In this document: positions 52,276 through 64,000 of the stretch, piece after piece | Layout: every line of letters begins with the position of its first letter | How positions within the stretch are numbered: position 1 is the first letter of the stretch | DNA from: Malacoraja senta | Lineage: Eukaryota | Assembly (NCBI GenBank): GCA_038087875.1 | Contig: CM075995.1 | Location: 11,100,001 to 11,164,000 of the forward strand | Length of the DNA stretch: 64,000 nucleotides | Direction: 5' to 3' | Notes under the pieces: generated by a model | Seen by the model: the letters and a program-made list of their open reading frames with translations, nothing else | The model's database searches: none | Told to the model about the DNA's origin: nothing | Position numbers and translations under genes: made by a program

Positions 52276-53070
52276 TTAATTCTATTCAACTGAACTTCTG
52301 TTATGAGTTCTCGGACCTATGGCGTACAGCATGACAAAAGCCTTCTTCGCCACCTTATCTAACCTGCTCGAAAAAATTCCCTATTACCCTGATCACCGTG
52401 AATGTCTATGTTAAACTTCCCAAATATAATGCCTACCTGAATTGAACTCCTTTTAGCGAATTAAGATGGAACAAAGAACAGTACAGCACAGGAATAGACC
52501 CTTCAATCACAATGTCCGTGCAGAATATGATGTCAAGTTCAAATAACTCATGTCTACGTATGCTGAATATCCTCAGGTTACTTGCGCGTCGAAATGGCTA
52601 TTGCGTGTCTAAAAGCCCTTCAAACCCCTATAGGGAATCTTCGCCTGCCGGATTTTCTCCACATCGCCCCCCATACCGCTTCGCTCTACGATACAGTTCT
52701 GTACCCATATAACCATATAAACATATAACCATATCACAATTACAGCACGGAAACTGGCCATCTCGGCCCTTCCATTCCGTGCCGAACACTTACTCTCACC
52801 TAGTCCCATCTACCTCATGCACTCAGACCATAACCCTCCATTCCTTTCCCGTCCATATACCTATCCAATTCATTTTTAAATGATAACATTGAACCTGCCT
52901 CCACCACTTCCACTGGAAGCTCATTCCACACAGCTACCACTCTCTGAGTAAAGAAGTTCCCCCTCATGTTACCCCTAAACCTTTGTCCCTTAATTCTCAA
53001 ATCACGTCCTCTTGTTTGAATCTTTCCAATTCTCAATGGAAAAAGCTTATCCACGTCAACTCTGTCTATC

Positions 53071-53826
53071 TGAATGGTGGCCGATTATGAAAAGGGGAGA
53101 TGCAACGAGACCTGGGTGTCATGCTACACCAGTCATTGAAAGTAGGCATGCAGGTGCAGCAGGCAGTGAAGAAAGCAAATGGTATGTTAGCATTCATAGC
53201 AAAAGGATTTGAGTATAAGAGCAGGGAGGTTCTACTGCAGTTGTACAGGGTCTTGGTGAGACCACACCTGGAGTATTGCGTACAGTATTGGTCTCCTAAT
53301 CTGAGGAAAGACATTCTTGCCATAGAGGGAGTACAGAGAAGGTTCTCCAGACTGATTCCTGGGATGGCAGGACTTTCATATGAGGAAAGACTGGATAGAC
53401 TCGGCTTGTACACGTTGGAATTCAGAAGGCTGAGGGGGGACCTTACAGAAACGTACAAAATTCTAAAGGCGTTGGGCAGGCTAGATGCAGGAAGATTATT
53501 CCCGTTGTTGGTGAAGTCCAGAACTAGGCGTCACAGTTTATGGATAAGAGGGAAGACTTTTAGGACCGAGATGAGGAAATCATTTTTTACACAGAGAGTA
53601 GTGAATCTGTGGAATTCTCTGCCACAGAAGGTAGTTGAGGCCAGTTCATTGGCTATATTTAAGAGGGAATTAGATGTGGCCCTTGTGGCTAAAGGGATCA
53701 GGGGGAATGGAGATAAGGCAGGGATGGTATACTGAGTTGGACGATCAGCCATGAACTTATCAAATGGCGGTGCGGGCTCGAAGGGCCGAAAGGCCTACTT
53801 CTGCACCTATTTTCTATGTTTCTATG
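53071..53826 (+). mobile_element. CR1 family A 3' fragment
   Basis: 211-aa ORF2 C-terminus (53100-53735) plus tail. Confidence 0.92.
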
Positions 53827-54306
53827 TCTATCCCTCTCATAATTTTAAAGACCTCTATCAAGTTCCCCCTTAACCTTCTGCGCTCCAAAGGAAAAATACC
53901 TATCTTGTTCAATCTCTCTCTGTAACTTAGGTGCTGAAACCCAGGCAACATTCTAGTAAATCTCCTCTGTACTCTCTCTATTTTGTTGACATCTTTCCTA
54001 TAATTTGGCGAACAAAAGTTGAACACCATACTCCAGAATTTGCCTCACCAATGCCTTGTACAATTTTAACATTACATCCCAACTTCTATACTCATTGCTC
54101 TGATTTATAAAGGCCAGCACACCAAAAGCTTTCTTTACCTCCCTATCTACATGAGATTCCACCGTCAGGGAACTATGCACAGTTATTCCTAGATCCCTCT
54201 GTTCAACTGCATTCCTCAATTCGCTACCATATACCATGTACGTCCTATTTTGATTTGTCCTGCCAAGATGTAGCACCTCACATTTATCAGCATTAAACTC
54301 CATCTG

Positions 54307-57300
54307 GAACTTCCACACTCCACCTGCATGTGGATAAAGAGCTTCCTGTCGGGTCGCAGTCAGAGAGTCAGAGTGGGCCGTCACACATCTACGGCCCTCA
54401 GCCACAGTACCGGCTCTCCACAGGGCTGCATGCTGAGCCCCCTGCTTTACACCATCTCCAAATATGACTGCACCCCCGCCCACCACAGTAACACCATTGT
54501 CAAATTCGCGGATGACACCACGGTGGTGGGGCTCATCTCTGGGGGGGGATGAGTACGCCAGGTGTATCGAGATGGGGCTCCTAATGGACCGTATTAGGAA
54601 CCTGGAGCAGCAGCTCGATGACCTCCGTCTGGTCAGGGAGAGCGAGGAAGTCATTGAGAGGAGTTACAGGGATGTGGTCACTCCAACACCACAGGAGGCA
54701 CACAAGTGGATCACGGTTGGGAGAGGCAAGGGGCACAGGCAGGGACTAGAGAGTACCCCGGTGGCTGTACACCTTGACAATAAGTACTCCTGTTTGAGCA
54801 CTGTTGGGGTGGACAGCCTACCTGGGGGTAGCGACAGCGGCCGGGCCTCCGGTATAGAGACCGGTCCTGTTGCTCAGAAGGGTAAGGAAAAGAAGAGGAG
54901 GGCAATACTAATAGGGGACTCTATAGTTAGGGGGTCAGACAGGCGATTTTGTGGACGCAGTCGGGAGACCCGGATAGTAGTTTGCCTCCCTGGTGCCAGG
55001 GTCTGTGATGTGTCTCAACGTGTCCAAGATATCCTGAAAGGGCAGGGAGAGGAGCCCGAGGTCGTGATACATATAGGTACGAATGACATAGGTCAAAAAA
55101 GAGAAGAGGTCTTGAAAGGAGAATTTAGGGAGTTAGGAGGGGAGTTAAAGAGAAGGACACCAAAGGTAACAATCTCGAGATTACTGCCTGTGCCACGCGA
55201 CAGTGAGAGTAGGAATGGAGCGAGGTGGAGGATAAATGCGTGGCTGAAGGACTGGTGCAGAAGGCAGGGATTCAAATTTCTGGATCATTGGGACCTCTTT
55301 TGTGGAAGGTTCGACCTGTACAAAAAGGATGGGTTGCACTTGAACCTGAGGGGGACCGATATCCTGGCGGGGAGATCTGCAAAGGCTACTGGGGAGACTT
55401 TAAACTAGAATGGTTGGGGGGAGGGACTCAAATAGAGAATGCTATTAGACAGTGTGTGAGGCAGGAGGCAGAGAAGGAAAGCACTTAGACCCAACATGTA
55501 GGGGGGAAAGAAGAAAACAATAATAAACAGAGAATAAGAGGTTGTGGGGTTCTTAAATGGGACAGAGGGGTGTAAAATGCGGGCGGAAGCAATAGGTAGC
55601 AAGGTGAAAAGTAAAAGTGGCAGGCAGACAAATCCACGGCAAATGTCAAAAAGAGCCACTTTTCAACATAATTGTATAAGGGGTAAGAGCGTTGTAAAAA
55701 CAAGCCTGAAGGCTTTGTGTCTCAATGCAAGGAGCATTCGTAATAAGGTGGATGAGTTGAACGTGCAGATCGCAATTAATGATTATGATATAGTTGGGAT
55801 CACGGAGACATGGCTCCAGGGTGACCAAAGCTGGGAGCTGAACATCCAGGGATATTCAATATTCAGGAGGGATAGAGAGAAAGGAAAAGGAGGTGGGGTA
55901 GCGTTGCTGGTTAGAGAGGAGATTAACGCAGTGGAAAGGAAGGACATTAGCTTGTGGAATCGGTATGGGTAGAGCTGCGAAACAGTAAGGGGCAGAAAAC
56001 GCTGGTGGGTGTTGTGTACAGGCCACCTAGCAGTAGTAGTGAAGTTGGGGATGGCATCAAACAGGAAATTAGAAATGCGTGCAACAAAGGCAAAACAGTT
56101 ACAATGGGTGACTTCAATCTACATATAGATTGGGTGAATCAAATTGGCAGGGGTGCTGAGGAAGAGGATTTCTTGGAATGCATGAGGGATAGTTATCTAA
56201 ACCAACATGTAGAGGAACCACCGAGAGAGCAGGCTATTCTAGACTGTGTATTGAGTAATGAGGAAGGGTTAGTTAGCAGACTTGTTGTGCGTGCCCCCTT
56301 GGGCAAGAGTGACCATAATATGGTTGAGTTCTTCATTAGGATGGAGAGTGACATTGTTAATTCAGAAACAACGGTTCTGAACTTAAAGAAAGGTAACTTT
56401 AAGGGTATGAGACGTGAATTGGCCAAGATTGACTGGCAATTAGTTCTAAAACGGTTGACGGTGGATATGCAATGGAAGGCATTTAAAGACTGCATGGATG
56501 AACTACAAAAAATGTTCATCCCAGTTTGGCAAAAGAATAAATCAGGGAAGGTAGTGCATCCGTGGATAACAAGGGAAATCATGGATAGTATCAAAGCAAA
56601 AGATGATGCGTACAAATTAGCCAGAAAAAGCAGCATACCAGAGGACTGGGAGAAATTCAGAGACCAGCAGAGGAGGACAAAGGGCTTAATTAGGAAAGGG
56701 AAAATAGATTATGAAAGGAAACTGGCAGGGAACATAAAAACTGACTGCAAACGTTTTTATAGATATGTGAAGAGAAAGAGATTAGTTAAAACAAATGTAG
56801 GTCCCTTGCAGTCAGAAACAGGTGAATTGATCATGGGGAACAAGGATATGGCGGACCAGTTGAATAACTACTTTGGTTCCGTCTTCACTAAGGAATACAT
56901 AAATAATCTGCCGGAAATAGCAGGGGGCCGCGGGTCAAAGGAGATGGAGGAACTGAGTGAAATCCAGGTTAGTCGGGAAGTGGTGTTGGGTAAATTGAAT
57001 GGATTAAAGGCCGATAAATCACCAGGGCCAGATAGGCTGCATACCAGAGTACTTAAGGAAGTAGCTCCAGAAATAGTGGATGCATGAGTGATAATTTTTC
57101 AAAACTCTTTAGATTCTGGAGTAGTTCCTGAGGATTGGAGGGTAGCAAACGTAACCCCACTTTTTAAGAAGGGAGGGAGAGAGAAAACGGGGAATTACAG
57201 ACCAGTTAGTCTAACATCGGTAGTGGGGAAACTGCTAGAGTCAGTTATTAAAGATGGGATAGCAGCACATTTGGAAAGTGGTGAAATCATTGGACAAAGT

Positions 57301-59422
57301 CAGCATGGATTTACGAAAGGTAAATCGTGTCTGACGAATCTTATAGATTTTTTCGAGGATGTAACTAGTAGAGTGGATAGGGGAGAACCAGTGGATGTGT
57401 TGTATCTGGACTTTCAGAAGGCTTTCGACAAGGTACCACATAAGAGATTAGGATACAAACTTAAATCACACGGTATTGGGGGTTCAGTATTGATGTGGAT
57501 AGAGAACTGGCTGGCAAACAGGAAGCAAAGAGTAGGAGTAAACGGGTCCTTTTCACAATGGCAGGCATTGACCAGTGGGGTACCGCAAGGCTCAGTGCTG
57601 GAACCCCAGCTATTTACAATTTATATTAATGATCTGGACGAGGGAATTGAAAGCAACATCTCCAAGTTTGCGGATGACACTAAGCTGGGGGGCGGTGTTA
57701 GCTGTGAGGAGGATGCTAGGAGACTGCAAGGTGACTTGGATAGGCTGGGTGAGTGGGCAAATGTTTGGCAGATGCAGCATAATGTGGATAAATGTGAGGT
57801 TATCCACTTTGGTGGCAAAAACGGGAAGGCAGACTATTATCTAAATGGTGGCCGGTTAGGAAATGGGAGACGCAGCGAGACCTAGGTGTCATGGTACACC
57901 AGTCATTGAAAGTAGGCATGCAGGTGCAGCAGGCAGTGAAGAAAGCGAATGGTATGTTGGCCTTCATAACAAGAGGATTTGAGTATAGGAGCAGGGAGGT
58001 TCTACTGCAGTTGTACAGGGTCTTGGTGAGACCACACCTGGAGTATTGCGTACAGTTTTGGTCTCCAAATCTGAGGAAGGACATTATAGCCATAGAGGGA
58101 GTGCAGAGAAGGTTCACCAGACTGATTCCTGGGATGTCAGGACTTTCATATGAAGAAAGACTGGATAGACTTGGCTTATACTCGCTAGAATTTAGGAGAT
58201 TGAGATGGGATCTTATAGAAACGTACAACATTCTTATGGGGTTAGACAGGCTAGATGCAGGTAGATTGTTCCCGATGTTGGGGAAGTCCAGGACAAGGGG
58301 TCACAGCTTAAGGGATAAGGGGGAAATCCTTTAAGACCGAGATGAGGAAAAACCTTTTCACACAGAGAGTGGTGAATCTCTGGAACTCTCTGCCACAGAG
58401 GGTAGTTGAGGTCAGTTCATTGGCTATATTTAAGAGGGAGTTAGATGTGGCCCTTGTGGCTAAAGGGATCAGGGGGTATGGAGAGAAGGCAGGTACGGGA
58501 TACTGAGTTGGATGATCAGCCATGATCATATTGAATGGCGGTGCAGGCTCGAAGGGACGAATGGCCTACTCCTGCACCTATTTTCTATGTATCTACGTAT
58601 CTATGAGGTGGAGCAGCTGACAGGGTGGTGTGGAGAAAATAACCTGCTCCTCAACACCTCAAAGACCAAGGAGCTCATAATTGACTATAGGAAGAAGAAA
58701 ACGGACATTACACCAATAATCATCGATGGGGACTATGTGGAAATGGTGACGGATTTCCGCTTCCTGGGAATCCACATTGAGGAGGACCTGACGGAGCGTG
58801 AACACCTCTGCGCTGCTGAAAAAGGTCCAGCAGAGACTGTACTTCCTGAGGGTGCTCAGGAAGAACAACATCACCCAGAGACTGCTGCTATCCTTTTATC
58901 GATGCTCAATTGAGAGCATCTTAACATACTGTGTATGCGTGTGGTACACCAGCTGCACAGCGGCTAAGAGGAAAGCGCTCCAGAGGGCAATTGACAACGC
59001 CCAGAAGATCATCGGCTGCCCTTTCCTCACCATGAAGGACCAACACAGTTCCCACTGTCTCAAAAAATCCAAGAAGATTATAAAGGACATTTTCCACCCC
59101 GGTCACTCGCTGTTTGTACTGCTGCCGTCAGGCAGACGGTACAGATCAATGAGGACAAGGACAAACAGGCTCAAAAACAGTTTTTATCCCACAGCAATAA
59201 ATACACTTAATGTAGCCACCAAATGAGTACAGGTGCGCTACACACCAAAGGGACTGGGAAATCGACAGAAGAATGTGTTTTTTTCCATGTTATTTATTTT
59301 AGTTGTTTATCTTAGACTTTTGCGCTAAGAAAATGTGTGCACTGACTGGTTGGCATTTTTAATTTCGTTATACGTGTTTACATGTTATAATGACAATAAA
59401 GTATTCATTCATTCATTCATTC
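54307..59422 (+). mobile_element. Rex1/Babar-type LINE, 5'-truncated, split by a CR1
   Basis: WIKSFLSGRSQRVR..PQGCMLSPLLY..KFADDTTVVGLISGGDE (54328-54553) resumes as EVEQLTGWCGENNLLLNTSKTKEL (58605). (ATTC)n tail at 59403-59422. Confidence 0.92.
54555..58604 (+). mobile_element. Chimeric CR1: family B ORF1 joined to family A ORF2
   Basis: ORF1 AILIGDSIVRGSDRRFCG matches 61620-62230 (minus). ORF2 and tail match the family A copies. Confidence 0.85.
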
Positions 59423-62236
59423 ATCTGCCATCTTTCAGCCCACTCTTCCAAATGGCCTAAATCTCTCTGTAGACTTTGAAAATCTACTTCTTTATCCACA
59501 ACACCACCTATCTTAGTATCATCAGCATACTTACTAATCCAATTAACCACACTATCATTCAGATCATTGATGTATATGACAAACAACAGTGGATCCAACA
59601 CAGCTCCCTGAGGCATCCCACTAGTCACCGGCCTCCAACCTGACAAACAGTTATCCACCATTTCTCTCTGGTATCTCCCATTCAGCCACTGTTGAATCCA
59701 TCTTGCTACACTGCTATTAATACCCAACAATTGAACCTTCTTAAACAACCTTCAAAGGCCTTACTGAAGTCCATATAGACAACATCCATCGCTTTACCCT
59801 CATCAATTTTCCTAGTAACCTCTTCAAAGAATTCAAGAAGATTATTCAAACATGACCTTCCAGGCAAAAATCCATGTTGACTGTTCCTAATCAGACCCTG
59901 TTTATCCAGATGATTATATATATTATCTCTATGTATCCTTTCCATTAATTTGCCCATCACTGACGGCAAACTAACAGGTCTATAATTGCTAGGTTTACTC
60001 TTAGAACCCAATTTAAACAATGGAAAAACATGCGCTGTACGCCAATCCTCCGGCACTATTCCCGTTTCTAATGACATTTGTCATATTTCTCTTATAGCCC
60101 CTGCTATTTCTACACTAACTTCGCTCAATGTCCTAGGGAATATCCTGTCAGGACCTGGAGACTTATCCACTTTTATATTTTTCAAAAGTGTCAGTACTTC
60201 CTCTTCTTTGATGCTCATGGTTTCCATAGATACTCCATTTGTTTCCCTTACCTCACATAATTCAATAACCCTCTCCTTGGTGAATACCGAAGAAAAGAAA
60301 TTGTTCAATATCTCCCCCATCTCTTTTGGCTCTGCAGATAGCTGTCCACTCTGACTCTCTAATGGACCAATTTTATCCCTCGTTATCCTTTTGCTATGAA
60401 TATAGCTGTAGAAACCCCTTGGATTTACTTTCACCTTACTTGCCAAAGCAACCTAATATCTTATTTTAGCTTTTCTAATTTCTTTCTTAAGATTCTTTTT
60501 ACATTCTTTATACTCCTCAAGCACCTCATTTACTCCATCTTGCATATAATTATTGTAGGTCTCTCTCTTTTCCGAACCAAGTGTCCAATTTCCCTTGAAA
60601 GCCATGGCTCTTTCCAATTATCACTCTTTCCTTTCAACCGAACAGGGACATAAAGATTCTGTACTCTTAAAATGTCACCTTTAAATGTCACCTTTAAATG
60701 TCATCCTTTTCTCTACTACATCCTTCCCAGAAAACAACATGTCCCAATTCAATCCTTTTAAATCCTTTCGCATCTCCTCAAAGTTAGCCTTTCTCCAATC
60801 AAAAATCTCAACTCTTGGTCAGGGTCAGACCTTCTACATAATTATATTGAAACTAATGGTATTGTGATCACTGTACCCGAAGTGCTCCCCAACACATACC
60901 TCCGCCACCTGACCTGTCTCATTTCCTAACAGTAGGTCCAACACTGCCCCTTCTCTAGTAGGTACCTGTATGTATTGCTGCAAAAAACTATCCTGCACAC
61001 ATTTTACCAACTCCAAACCATCCTGCCCTTTTACAGAATGTGTTTCCCAGTCTATGTGTGGAAAATTGAAATCTCCCACAATCACTACCTTGTGATTACT
61101 ACTAATATCTGCTATCTCCTTACATATTTGCTCTTCCAATTCTCGCTCCCCATTAGGCGGTCTATAATACACCCCTATAAGTGTTGCTACACCTTTCCTA
61201 TTTCTCAGTTCCACTCAAATAGCCTCCCTAGACGAGCCCTCTAATATATCCTGCCAAACCACTGCTGTAATATCTTCAATGGCAAGCAATGCAACACCTC
61301 CACCTCTTGCCCCTCCAATTCTATCGCACCTGAAGCAACGAAATCCTGGAATATTTATTTTCCAATCACAGCCATCCTGCAACCATGTTTCACTAACCGC
61401 CACAACATCATACTTCCAGGTGTCAATCCAGGCTCTAAGCTCATCCACCTTTCATACAATGCTCCTAGCATTAAAATATACACATTTAAGAAACCCACCA
61501 CCTCTTATTCTCTGTTTATTATGTTTTTCTGTTGGGTGTGAGTGCTTCCCTTCTTTGCCTCTTGCCTCACACACTATCTACTAGCTTTCTCTATTTGATT
61601 CCCTCCCCCAACCGTTCTAGTTTAAAGTCTCACCAGTAGCCTTTGCAAATCTCCCCGCCAGGATATTGGTCCCCCTCGGGTTCAAGTGCAATCCATACTT
61701 TTTGTACAGGTCACACCTTCCCCAAAAGACGTCCCAATGATCCAGAAACTTGAATCCCTGCCCTCTGCACCAGTCCCTCAGCCACACATTTATCCTCCAC
61801 CTCACTCCATTCCTACTCTCACTGTCGCGTGGCAGAGTCAGTAATCATGAGATTGTTACTTTTGCTGTCCTTCTCCTTAACTCTCGTCCTAACTCCCTAA
61901 ATTCTCCTTTCAGGACCTCTTCTCTTTTTCTACCTATGTCATTGGTACCTATATGTACCACGACCTCAGGCTCCTCTCCCTCCCATTTCAGGATAACTTC
62001 GTCACGTTCAGACACATCCCAGACCCTGGCACCAGGGAGGCAAACTACCATCCGGGTCTCCTGACTGCGTCCACAGAATCGCCTATCTGACCCCCTAACT
62101 ATACAGTCCCCTATTACTATTGCCCTCCTCTTCTCTTCCCTACCCTTCTGAGCAACAGGGCCGGTCTCTGTGCCGAAGGTCCCAGGTAGGCTGTCCACCC
62201 CAACCGTACTCAAACAGGAGTACTTTATTTCCAAGG

Positions 62237-62436
62237 NNNNNNNNNNNNNNNNNNNNNNNNNNNNNNNNNNNNNNNNNNNNNNNNNNNNNNNNNNNNNNNN
62301 NNNNNNNNNNNNNNNNNNNNNNNNNNNNNNNNNNNNNNNNNNNNNNNNNNNNNNNNNNNNNNNNNNNNNNNNNNNNNNNNNNNNNNNNNNNNNNNNNNNN
62401 NNNNNNNNNNNNNNNNNNNNNNNNNNNNNNNNNNNN
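62237..62436. other. Assembly gap (200 N)
   Basis: N run. Different CR1 copies in opposite orientation lie on either side. Confidence 1.
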
Positions 62437-63675
62437 TTGATAGAATTTAATACTGAAATGTGTGAGGTGTTGCATTTTGTGATGTCTAACAAAGGCAGGA
62501 CCTACACAGTGAATGGTTGGCCTCTGGGTAATGTTATAGAGCAGAGGGATCTAGGAGTACAGGTGCATGATTCCTTGAAGGTCGAGTTGCAGGTAGATAA
62601 GGTGGTCAAAAAGGCTTTTGGCACTTTGGCCTTCATCAGACAGAATATTGAGTATAGAAGTTGAGAGGTCATGTTGCAGTTGTGTAAGACATCGGTGAGA
62701 CCGCATTTAGAATATTGTGTTCAGTTCTGGGCACCATGATATTGTCAAGCTTGAAAGGGTTCAGAAAAGAATTACGAGGATGTTGCCAGGACCAGAGGGT
62801 ATGAGCTATCGGGACAGCTTGAGTAGGCTGGATCTTTTTCCCATGAAGTGCAGGAGGATGAGGGGAGATCTTATAGAGGATTTCAAAATCATGGGATGAA
62901 TAGATTGGGTCGATGCACAGAGAAGGTGAATCGAGGACCAGATGACATAGGTTCAAGGTGAAGGGGAAAAGATTTAATAGTCATCCGAGGGGTAACTTTT
63001 TCAACCAAAGGGTGATGGGTATAAGGAACAAGCTGTCAGAGGAGGTAGTTGAGGCAGGGACTATCCCATTGTTAAAGAAACAGTTAGACAGGAACATGAT
63101 TGATCCTTGGGATGGCGAGACTGTCATATGAGGAAAGATTGAAAGGACTAGGATTGCATTCACTGGAGTTTAGAAGGATGAGGGGGCATCTTATAAAAAC
63201 ATATAAAGTTATAAAAGGACTGGACAAGCTAGATGCAGGAAATATGTTCCTAATGTTGGGTGAGTCCAGAACCAGGGACCACAGTCTTAGAATAAAGGGG
63301 AGGTCATTTAAGACTGAGGTGAGAAAGTTGTGAATTTGTGGAATTCCCTGCCACAGAGGCCAGTGGAGGCCAAATCACTGGATGGATTTAAGAGAGAGTT
63401 AGATAGAGCTCTAGGGGCTAGAGGAATCAAGGGATATGGGGAGAAGGCAGGCACGGGTTATTGATTGGGGACGATCAGCCATGATCACAATGAATGGCAG
63501 TGCTGTCTCGAAGGGCTGAATGGCCTCCTCCTGCACCGATTTTCTATGTTTCTATGGATAGGACAGGTTTGGAGGGATATGGACCAGGCAAGTGGGACTA
63601 GTGCAGCTGGGACATATTGGCTGGTGTGGGCGAGTTGGGCCGAAGGGCCTGTTTCCACACTGTATCACTCTGTAC
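62437..63675 (+). mobile_element. CR1 3' portion with a nested CR1 3' fragment at ~63100-63556
   Basis: FNTEMCEVLHF..QRDLGVQVH. The nested piece ends in tttctatgtttctatg. Confidence 0.85.
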
Positions 63676-63719
63676 CACAATTGCACGCGTTACTCCAAAG
63701 TTTCATACAGTTGCAACAT

Positions 63720-64000
63720 GATAGACAATAGACAATAGGTGCAGGAGTAGGCCATTCGGCCCTTCGAGACAGCACCACTATTCAATGTGATCATGGCTGA
63801 TCATCCCCAATCAGTACCCCGTTCCTGCCTTCTCCCCATATCCCCTGACTCCGCTATCTTTAAGAGCCCTATCTAGCTCTCTCTTGAAAGCATCCAGAGA
63901 ACCTGCCTCCATCGCCCTCTGAGGCAGAGAATTCATCGTCTCCGTTCTAAATGGCTTACTCCTTATTCTTAAACTGTGGCCCCTGGTTCTGGACTCCACC
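63720..64000 (-). mobile_element. CR1 3' end with a (TATTGTC)n tail
   Basis: ESRTRGHSLRIR..RELDRAL; gacaata repeats at 63722-63737. Confidence 0.88.

Larger units (their letters stand above)
52706..62236 (-). mobile_element. Long CR1 family B copy (ORF1 esterase plus ORF2) split by nested insertions and running into the gap
   Basis: Pieces at 52706-53070, 53826-54306 and 59423-62236 join collinearly. TSDs tgtctatc and catctg flank the inserts. Confidence 0.92.

Noticed and set aside
61845..62664. ORFs spanning the N run
   Set aside because: Artefacts of the assembly gap joining unrelated CR1 copies.

Overview
Eukaryotic, almost entirely repeat-derived window. The transposon repertoire is typical of a vertebrate and most like a cartilaginous fish (inference from repeat content only). 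The only intact host gene I can support is one tRNA-Ser(UGA) at 2765-2846. The rest is deeply nested transposons: CR1 LINEs of several families (SGNH-esterase ORF1), a full-length inactivated L1 with an 18-bp TSD, a second end-less L1 fragment, Rex1-type LINEs and a Rex1-tailed non-coding family, and Penelope-like fragments carrying minimal hammerhead ribozyme cores. It also holds three Gypsy LTR retrotransposons, a class I endogenous retrovirus remnant, Helitron-like elements with GC-rich minisatellites, a compound microsatellite, a local 1.6-kb duplication and a 200-N gap. I found no novel protein-coding system. The most interesting signals are mechanistic fossils: a 34-nt tRNA-Leu copy at a Gypsy PBS mismatched exactly opposite tRNA A58, a chimeric CR1, a head-to-head two-tailed Rex1 composite, an L1 segment without termini inside a Helitron-like element, and an unidentified decayed coding repeat. 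Most boundaries were placed by eye and are approximate (about 10-30 bp) unless a TSD or LTR terminus is quoted.
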